From an uncultured Campylobacter sp. (lineage in GTDB: Bacteria; Campylobacterota; Campylobacteria; Campylobacterales; Campylobacteraceae): a stretch of 64,000 nucleotides of DNA. The notes below the pieces were generated by a model that was given only the letters and a program-made list of their open reading frames with translations, did not search any database and was not told the origin of the DNA. Below are positions 57,863 to 64,000 of the stretch, in pieces (within the stretch, counting starts at the first letter, position 1; every line of letters begins with the position of its first letter). The position numbers were made by a program, and so were the translations under genes. The DNA lies in the NCBI GenBank assembly GCA_963519515.1, contig CAUQNJ010000002.1, positions 51,953 to 115,952 of the forward strand. The letters are read 5' to 3'.

Positions 57863-58504
57863 ATGTATGTCGCACCCAGCATTTTATCGGCGGATTTCGG
57901 AAGACTTTCGGAGGAAATTCGCGCAGTCTGCGAAGCTGGCGCCGATCTCATTCACGTGGATGTGATGGACGGGCATTTCGTACCCAATCTCACGATCGGG
58001 CCGCTCGTAGTAAGCGCCGCGGCAAAGGCGAGCAGCAAGCCTTTAGACATCCATCTGATGGTTAAAAACGTGCCGTTTTTCGTCGATCTTTTTTTGCCGC
58101 TAAAGCCGAAATTTCTTAGCTTCCACATCGAGGAGGAGACCCATCCGTTGCGCCTCATAGATCATATCCGCCGCAGCGGCGTCTCGCCCGCAGTCGTGCT
58201 AAATCCGCACACCCCGCTTAGCGCGCTGGAGTTTATCTTGGGCGAAGTGGATATGGTGCTTTTGATGAGCGTCAATCCGGGCTTTGGAGGGCAGAAATTT
58301 ATCCCCTCGGCGCTTGAAAAAATTAAGCAGCTGCGCGAGCTGATCGATCGCAAAGGCGCAAAATGCCTCATCGAGGTCGACGGCGGCGTAAACGGGCTGA
58401 ATATCGCAGATATCGACGAAGCGGGCGCCGACGTCGTGGTAGCGGGCAACTACATATTTTCTTCAAACGACTACGCGGAGGCGATCCGTGCGCTTAAAAT
58501 TTAG
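57863..58504 (+). CDS. rpe: ribulose-phosphate 3-epimerase
   Basis: PSILSADF...HVDVMDGHFVPNLT...MSVNPGFGGQKF...VDGG. Confidence 0.95.
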   Translation: MYVAPSILSADFGRLSEEIRAVCEAGADLIHVDVMDGHFVPNLTIGPLVVSAAAKASSKPLDIHLMVKNVPFFVDLFLPLKPKFLSFHIEEETHPLRLIDHIRRSGVSPAVVLNPHTPLSALEFILGEVDMVLLMSVNPGFGGQKFIPSALEKIKQLRELIDRKGAKCLIEVDGGVNGLNIADIDEAGADVVVAGNYIFSSNDYAEAIRALKI

Positions 58505-58525
58505 GCGCGGCACGGGGGTAAAATT

Positions 58526-59332
58526 TTGACGCGCCAGATCGAAAATCTCATAAATTTACTGGCTCAAAAGAGCATAAATTATTACGATTTTATCTCAAAA
58601 GCAAGCGACATTGCCGAGATTACCGAGCTTTTCGAGCCAAAAGACCTCTCGATGTGGCGGGCGCTGGGCATAGAGATAATAAAACTCGACAACGGCAAAA
58701 TCACGCTCAAAACCCGCGAGACGGACATTTCGGATGAAATTTTTTGCTTCGTGGACATCGAGACGAACGGCGGGCTCTCAAACGGCCAGATCATCGAAAT
58801 CGGCGCGATAAAAACGCGCGGCACGCAGGAGCTGGATCGCTTTGAAAGCTTCGTTTACGCGCCCGTCGTGCCCGAAAATATCACGGAGCTTACGGGGATC
58901 CGCGCGGACGATCTGGTGGGTGCACCGCCGCTAGCTAGCGTGCTGGAGCGGTTTAGGCTGTTTTTAGGAGGTAGCGTTTTTGTGGCGCACAACGTCAAAT
59001 TTGACTACGGTTTTATCGACGCTAGCCTGCAAAAATGCGGCTTCGGGATGCTTTTAAATCGCAGGCTCTGCACCGTCGAGCTCGCGCGCCGTACGATCGA
59101 GACGCAAAGATACGGGCTCGGCTCGCTAAAAGAGCTTTTAGGCGTGCAAAACGTCCATCACCGCGCATTTAGCGATGCCGTTTCCTGCTTTGAAATTTTT
59201 AAATTTGCTCTAAAGCGCCTACCGTGGAGCGTGCAAAGCACAGAGGATCTGATACTTTTTAGCAAAACCGCAAAGAGCCTGGCGTTGCCTAAGCCGCAGA
59301 TTTCGGGGCGGGACGAGGGCAAAATTTTATAA
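58526..59332 (+). CDS. DEDDh 3'-5' exonuclease (DnaQ/epsilon-like) with an approx. 70-aa N-terminal extension
   Basis: TTG start. Exo motifs FVDIETNG, FVAHNVKFDYGFI and HHRAFSDA. Confidence 0.8.
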   Translation: MTRQIENLINLLAQKSINYYDFISKASDIAEITELFEPKDLSMWRALGIEIIKLDNGKITLKTRETDISDEIFCFVDIETNGGLSNGQIIEIGAIKTRGTQELDRFESFVYAPVVPENITELTGIRADDLVGAPPLASVLERFRLFLGGSVFVAHNVKFDYGFIDASLQKCGFGMLLNRRLCTVELARRTIETQRYGLGSLKELLGVQNVHHRAFSDAVSCFEIFKFALKRLPWSVQSTEDLILFSKTAKSLALPKPQISGRDEGKIL

Positions 59333-60099
59333 ATCGCGCGCCGAATTAAGAGATGAAATTTTAGTGAAATTTCGCACCGCCGTTTGAGGGGTAAATTTTA
59401 CGCGCATTCGCAGTATCGGTTTTTTACGCTCTTGCTTTAGGTAAAATTTGCTAGCGTTCGCAATCGCGCCGAGCGTGTCCAAGACATCGCGCGCTTTAAA
59501 TTTTAAAATTTAGCCTAAGCGAACGCGGCGCGAACTCGATGCTTTAAATTTTCAATATAGAATTTTATAAAATTTCACGGCGCCGATTACAAATGAAATT
59601 TTATAAATTTTTTATCGCAAAATACAGCGCGATCGGAGTAAATTTAACGCAAGCCCGGCTCTGTCGTAGCGGCGTATGGTGGCCGTATATGCACTAAATT
59701 AGCGATAAGCAAACCCGCGATTCTAATAATACGAATTTACGCAGACGCGCCCCGCCTCTCATCAAAGCGTCATCGGAGGGCTGGCAGGCTTTGCGAGCGA
59801 GCGGAGTAATGCGCCGCCGTTATCTTTGCAAGAAGCGCGATCTTGCGATCGAGCGACCTTTTTCGCCTCAAAAGGGGCATATCATGAGCTGAAATTCGAA
59901 AAGGAATTTCATAAAGCGGATCACTGCTTTTAAATTTACGTTGCAAATTCCATAGGCTACGAATACGGCATAAATTTTAAAATTCTATCTGTCTTAATCA
60001 TGCCTTGTGGTTGCATTGTGAGGGCTAGCAAGCCGCCTGATTAAAAAATGGATTTTAAATCATTCCTAGCGTATATGCTTGCGCAGTAAAGTAAAATTT

Positions 60100-60570
60100 T
60101 GCACTGGAAATTTCACGCCGCTATGTCACCGCCGAGCCACTCGCCGTCTTACCTCCGTCCTATCGCTCCGTATTTTCAAACGCGCTAGAATTTCGGAAAA
60201 GCTCCGCTTTAATGCAAAATTTTATCTGCTTAACCGTGGTCTGTGGTGGATGAAATTTTGCCGCTCGCCGCGAGACGCGCGTGGTATTTGCTTGCCACGC
60301 ATGCATGTCATAGCCCATATCCTTGCCGCAAGCCGCCGTTTTACCAACGTCCATCATTGTAGGCTCTTGTCTGCTTCTTCGCGTATATTTTTGTGCCTTG
60401 TAAGCTGCGCGTCACCGCATCTGCGTCAAGGCTGCGCCGCGTTTTTCAAAAGCATGAAAATTTATCCTACTAAAATTTTCGCTTCTTCGCCGCGTCGCCT
60501 ACCGCAAGCCGTCACCGCGCTATATCTCTGCCCGCACTCGCCGTACCTGTGCAAGCTCTAGCGGACGCGC
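60100..60570 (+). repeat. C-rich/G-poor dispersed element, copy C
   Basis: Hand count of 60121-60180 gives C=24, G=9. Contains CCACTCGCCGT (60137-60147) and CACTCGCCGT (60535-60544). GTCACCGC occurs three times, and GCTATGTCAC (60120-60129) matches the reverse complement of 63715-63724. Abuts the stop of the minus-strand glycerate kinase gene. Confidence 0.5.
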
Positions 60571-60593
60571 TTTAAAATTTTGGTCCAAAAGCC

Positions 60594-61730
60594 CTATTTA
60601 GCGCCGCGCCCGAGTATAAATAATCGCACTGCTTGTTCGGCGACGCGGGCTAAATTTTGCGCTGCGACGGCGGGCTCCATCGCACGCTCAAGGCTCATCG
60701 GCTCGTTTAAAACGCTGAAAAACGCGCCGATGCCGTGCTCGTTGCAGCCGCCGGCACAGGGCGAGACGCAGCCTGCCAGCGCGATGACGGGCACGCCGTA
60801 GCGCGCGGCGATCTTCGCCACACCGCTTGGGGTCTTGCCCATGCGGCTTTGGAAGTCGAGCCTGCCCTCGCCGGTGATGATCAGATCGGCGCCCTGCACA
60901 TCGTTTTGCAGCCCGATCTGCTCGGTGATGATGTCGATGCCGGGCCTTAGCTGCGCGCGCAGGAAGCTTACGAAGCCAAAGCCCAGTCCGCCAGCCGCGC
61001 CCGTGCCTTTTTCGCCCCAAAGCTCCTTTCCGAGACTCTTGCTTACGACGCCCGCAAAGCTTCGCAGCCCTGCATCCAGCGCCTCTACCGCAGCCTCGTC
61101 CGCGCCCTTTTGCGGTCCGTAAACATACGCCGCGCCGTTTTCTCCAAAGAGCGGATTATCCACATCGCAGGCGATGAGAAACTCGCTATCTTTGATGCTT
61201 TGCGGCACGTCCGCATCCGAAATCGCCGCTATTTTGATTAAATTTTCGCCTGTGCCCGCAAGCGCTTCGCCGCGCGCGTCCGTAAATTTAAAGCCCAAAG
61301 CGCTTAGCATGCCCGTGCCTGCGTCGTTCGTAGCGCTTCCGCCGATGCCTATGATAAACTTTCGCGCCCCCTTGCTTGCGGCGTGCAAGATCATCTCGCC
61401 AAAGCCGTAGGTGCTTGTTTTTAGCGGGTTTCGGCGCGATTTTTCGATAAGCGTGAGCCCCGACGCCGACGCCATCTCCAAAATCCCGAGCTCGCCCGCA
61501 AGAGCGTAGCGCGCGGTGATCTTTTCGCCGAGAGGGTTTTGCACGGCTAGCTCTTGAAATTCGGCTCCGAGCGCGTCGGCGAGGGCTTCGACGCTGCCTT
61601 CGCCGCCGTCTGCGATCGGCTTAACTACCACTTCGTCGCAGAGCTTTTCGATGCCCGATTTTACGGCGCTACCCGCCTGCAGCGAGCTAAGAGAGCCTTT
61701 AAACGAATCGATCGCAACCAAAACTTTCAT
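60594..61730 (-). CDS. glxK: glycerate kinase
   Basis: MKVLVAIDSFKGSLSS...IADGGEGS...GIGGSATNDAG...ITGEGRLD motifs. Confidence 0.9.
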   Translation of the reverse strand: MKVLVAIDSFKGSLSSLQAGSAVKSGIEKLCDEVVVKPIADGGEGSVEALADALGAEFQELAVQNPLGEKITARYALAGELGILEMASASGLTLIEKSRRNPLKTSTYGFGEMILHAASKGARKFIIGIGGSATNDAGTGMLSALGFKFTDARGEALAGTGENLIKIAAISDADVPQSIKDSEFLIACDVDNPLFGENGAAYVYGPQKGADEAAVEALDAGLRSFAGVVSKSLGKELWGEKGTGAAGGLGFGFVSFLRAQLRPGIDIITEQIGLQNDVQGADLIITGEGRLDFQSRMGKTPSGVAKIAARYGVPVIALAGCVSPCAGGCNEHGIGAFFSVLNEPMSLERAMEPAVAAQNLARVAEQAVRLFILGRGAK

Positions 61731-62029
61731 AAAATTCCTTTCAGACGGGGCTCGCGCGGATTTTGCGAAAGCCGCTTTTTAATTTGGTATTTTAATAAAT
61801 TTAGCCCTAAATTTAGCTTTGAGGAGTTTGTGCGTCGCCGCATTGGTAAATGAGGAAAATTTTAAACTGCTGCCGTTTTAAACGGCAAGGCGCGCTCGCG
61901 CGATAGAATTTAAGCGGCGAGGACAGGATGCTCGAGGCTGCGTAAATTTAGAGCAAAAAAGCCGACCCGCCCCGCGCAGTAAAATTTAAAGCGCGACGGC
62001 GGGCTTTTATTGCCCTAAATTTAGAGCTG

Positions 62030-63406
62030 CTAGATCAAAAACAGCGACAAAATCCACACGCTGATCATGCCCGTAATGCCCATAATTAGGGTCAGCATGG
62101 TCTGTGTGCGGTAGCCTTGCTGCGGGTTCATCTTGCTGAAATTCGTAACGACCCAGAAGTAGCTGTCGTTAGCGTGCGAAACGGTCATCGCGCCCGCTGC
62201 GATCGCCATTACGACGAGCGCGCCGGACATTTCGGAGGTGAAGCCCAGCACCTGCATCAGCGAGCCGTCCGCGTTAAATGCGCCCATAATCGAAGCGGTG
62301 GTGATGATCGCAACGGTGGAGCTTCCTTGCGCGCTTTTTAGGATAGCCGAGATCAGAAACGGAAAGAAAATCCCCGCGGCTTTAATCGCGGTCGCATTGT
62401 CCTTTATGTAGGTTACGAAGCCGGCGTCGGTGATTACCTTGCCTAGCACTCCGCCCGCTGCGGTGATGAAGAGGATCGGACCTACGATCTTTAAGGATTC
62501 GTTGGTGATCTCGCTAAATTCGCCTAATTTGCCGGTTTGCACGAGCAAAAATACCGCAAAAACTACGCCCAAGGCTAGCGCGATGATAGGATTTCCTAAA
62601 AATTGCGAAATTTCGCCTGCAAATCCGCCTACTTTTAGGATCTTGGCGACGGAGCCCAGCGCCATAAATAGGATCGGTATCAAAATAGGAGCTAAGCTTA
62701 AAAATCCGCCAGGTAATTTGCCGTATTGTTTAAGCAGATCGTCGTAGCTTTTTGCGATGACTTCATTCGCTTCGGCCTCGCTTATATGCACGCTCTTGGC
62801 GACTTTTTTAGAAAAAAAGTATGTAGCGATCAACACCGGCAAGGATACTACCGCGCCCATTGCGATTACGAGTAGCAGATTGCCGCCTAGACCCACGGCG
62901 CCTGCTGCGGCGATCGGTCCCGGAGTCGGCGGGATGAATACGTGCGAGGCGTAAAGTCCGCCGGAGAGCGCTACTGCAAGAGCGACAGGATTTTCGCCGA
63001 TTTTTTTGCTGATTGCTTCTCGGATTGGGTTTAAAACGACGAAGCCGCTGTCGCAAAATACGGGGATACCTACGATCCAGCCCATTATGAGCATCGCAAG
63101 CTCGGGGCGCTTTTGCCCGACTACGTTTACGACCATATCGGCGAGTTTGAGCGCCGCGCCGGTCTTTTCGAGCACGGTGCCGATGAGCGCGCCGAAGATT
63201 ATGACGATACCGATACTCTTAAACGTGCCGCTGAATCCGTCGCCGATAATCGCGGGGATCTTGGCTAGCGGTATACCCGCGACGATCGCGAGCGCCAGGG
63301 AGATAAGCATTAGCGCCAAAAACGGGTGAACGCCTGCTTTGGAGATCAAAAAAATCATCACGACGACCGCTATGGCGAAGCAGATGATTAACGCAACACC
63401 GCTCAT
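62030..63406 (-). CDS. GntP-family permease (gluconate/glycerate-type H+ symporter)
   Basis: 458-aa polytopic membrane protein with GntP-like N- and C-terminal halves. Adjacent to glycerate kinase on the same strand. Confidence 0.75.
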   Translation of the reverse strand: MSGVALIICFAIAVVVMIFLISKAGVHPFLALMLISLALAIVAGIPLAKIPAIIGDGFSGTFKSIGIVIIFGALIGTVLEKTGAALKLADMVVNVVGQKRPELAMLIMGWIVGIPVFCDSGFVVLNPIREAISKKIGENPVALAVALSGGLYASHVFIPPTPGPIAAAGAVGLGGNLLLVIAMGAVVSLPVLIATYFFSKKVAKSVHISEAEANEVIAKSYDDLLKQYGKLPGGFLSLAPILIPILFMALGSVAKILKVGGFAGEISQFLGNPIIALALGVVFAVFLLVQTGKLGEFSEITNESLKIVGPILFITAAGGVLGKVITDAGFVTYIKDNATAIKAAGIFFPFLISAILKSAQGSSTVAIITTASIMGAFNADGSLMQVLGFTSEMSGALVVMAIAAGAMTVSHANDSYFWVVTNFSKMNPQQGYRTQTMLTLIMGITGMISVWILSLFLI

Positions 63407-63639
63407 AAAAGCTCCTTGAATGGATTTAATTTGCCCGCAAGCGGTTTAAGCTAAGCCGTTTGCGCTTCAAATTTAATGCGGTAATTTTAGCGAAATTTTA
63501 ATATAAAGCAAGAATAGCGGCGTTAAATTTTATGGAAATTTATGATTTATGCGGAAATGATGGACTAGTCGGCGGAGTTTATCGGTTGGAATTTATCGGT
63601 GCCGCGCGGCGAGAGCGGTTAAAATTTTAAAATTTACGT

Positions 63640-63900
63640 CGTTTGCTTTGATATGCTGTTTGTTTTGATACGCTACGCGGCGGGCGGCGGAAATTTTATC
63701 GAGGATTGGTCGTCGTGACATAGCAATGGCGGCGGTGTGCTTGCGCTTTACGCGCAGCTTTGGCGGCTTGGGGGCGTGAGCGACGCGGACGGCTTTGCGG
63801 CGCTTGCTGCGGCGCAAGCAGTGAAGATAGAGCGCAATAGCCGCGGCGGCGATAGCGGCGATGAAAGGCGATATATCGGCAGCGGCGGCTATGAGGCAGC
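63640..63900 (-). repeat. C-rich/G-poor dispersed element, copy D (inverted: G-rich on the + strand)
   Basis: The + strand carries GTGACATAGC (63715-63724), GGCGTGAGCG (63773-63782) and GATAGAGCGC (63826-63835). These are the reverse complements of 10-mers found in copies C, B and A. Confidence 0.45.
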
Positions 63901-64000
63901 GGCGAAATTTTGATTTTGGCGGCGTCAGAGAAGCTTTTCTTAAAGATGAAATTTTAATCAAAGGCAGAGCAGCGTCAGTAGAACTTTGATTAAAAACGGC

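Noticed and set aside
59333-60100. Structured ncRNA (tmRNA, RNase P RNA, SRP RNA, 6S) in the 1.25-kb gap after the exonuclease gene
   Set aside because: I looked for hallmark strings (GGGGCTG-type tmRNA 5' end, GAGGAAAGTCC of RNase P, SRP domain IV motifs) and found none. Only repeat-type spacer and small local hairpins are present.
60079-60561. 160-aa Arg/Cys-rich ORF (+), and likewise the 122-aa ORF at 63593-63961 (-)
   Set aside because: Both are products of the C-rich/G-poor element's compositional bias (few stop codons in that frame). They have an implausible amino-acid composition, no RBS and no domain.

Overview
This is a chromosomal window from a Campylobacterota genome, most likely one of the higher-GC oral or anaerobic Campylobacter species. 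That is inferred from Helicobacter/Campylobacter-type synteny (Nif3, the HP0958-like zinc-ribbon protein and waaA), an M23 peptidase plus bactofilin pair, a short ComEC and the IspH N-terminus; the species cannot be named by eye. I call about 60 protein genes and 5 tRNAs. I see no rRNA, CRISPR array, IS element, integrase or prophage.

Most of the window is housekeeping:
- a Cbi/Nik ECF metal transporter (1-3433), kdsA, and a tRNA-Val/Asp/Lys cluster
- comEC, glnA, purE, glyQ, waaA
- ffh-rpsP-rimM-trmD-rplS, pheST-aroA-ispH, rpsA, serA
- a znuA/zur zinc cluster, argJ, rpmB, rpe, and glycerate kinase plus a GntP permease

Things worth a second look:
1. A roughly 6-kb AT-rich island sits directly 3' of tRNA-Lys (about 6769-12830). 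It holds 13 small same-strand ORFs in at least three paralog families, with conserved about 30-nt cassette junctions, a nonsense copy and a frameshifted copy. There is no toxin, integrase or secretion gene. My best reading is an orphan poly-immunity array, and I could not name any of the families.
2. RAATTY-type words (AAATTT, GAATTT, AAATTC, GAATTC) and AAATTTTAAAATTT palindromes are very dense in unusually long intergenic spacers.
3. The same sequence style appears as in-frame low-complexity insertions inside conserved genes (kdsA, waaA, cbiO, glyQ, a DUF1007-NicO fusion).
4. Five C-rich, G-poor, ORF-free segments share 10-11-mers, and four of them lie at the 3' ends of minus-strand genes.
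5. znuA is coupled to a DUF1007-NicO fusion instead of znuBC.
6. A two-gene double-activase/dehydratase-like Fe-S system has no known substrate.

All coordinates and motif counts come from reading the sequence by hand. No database search was possible.
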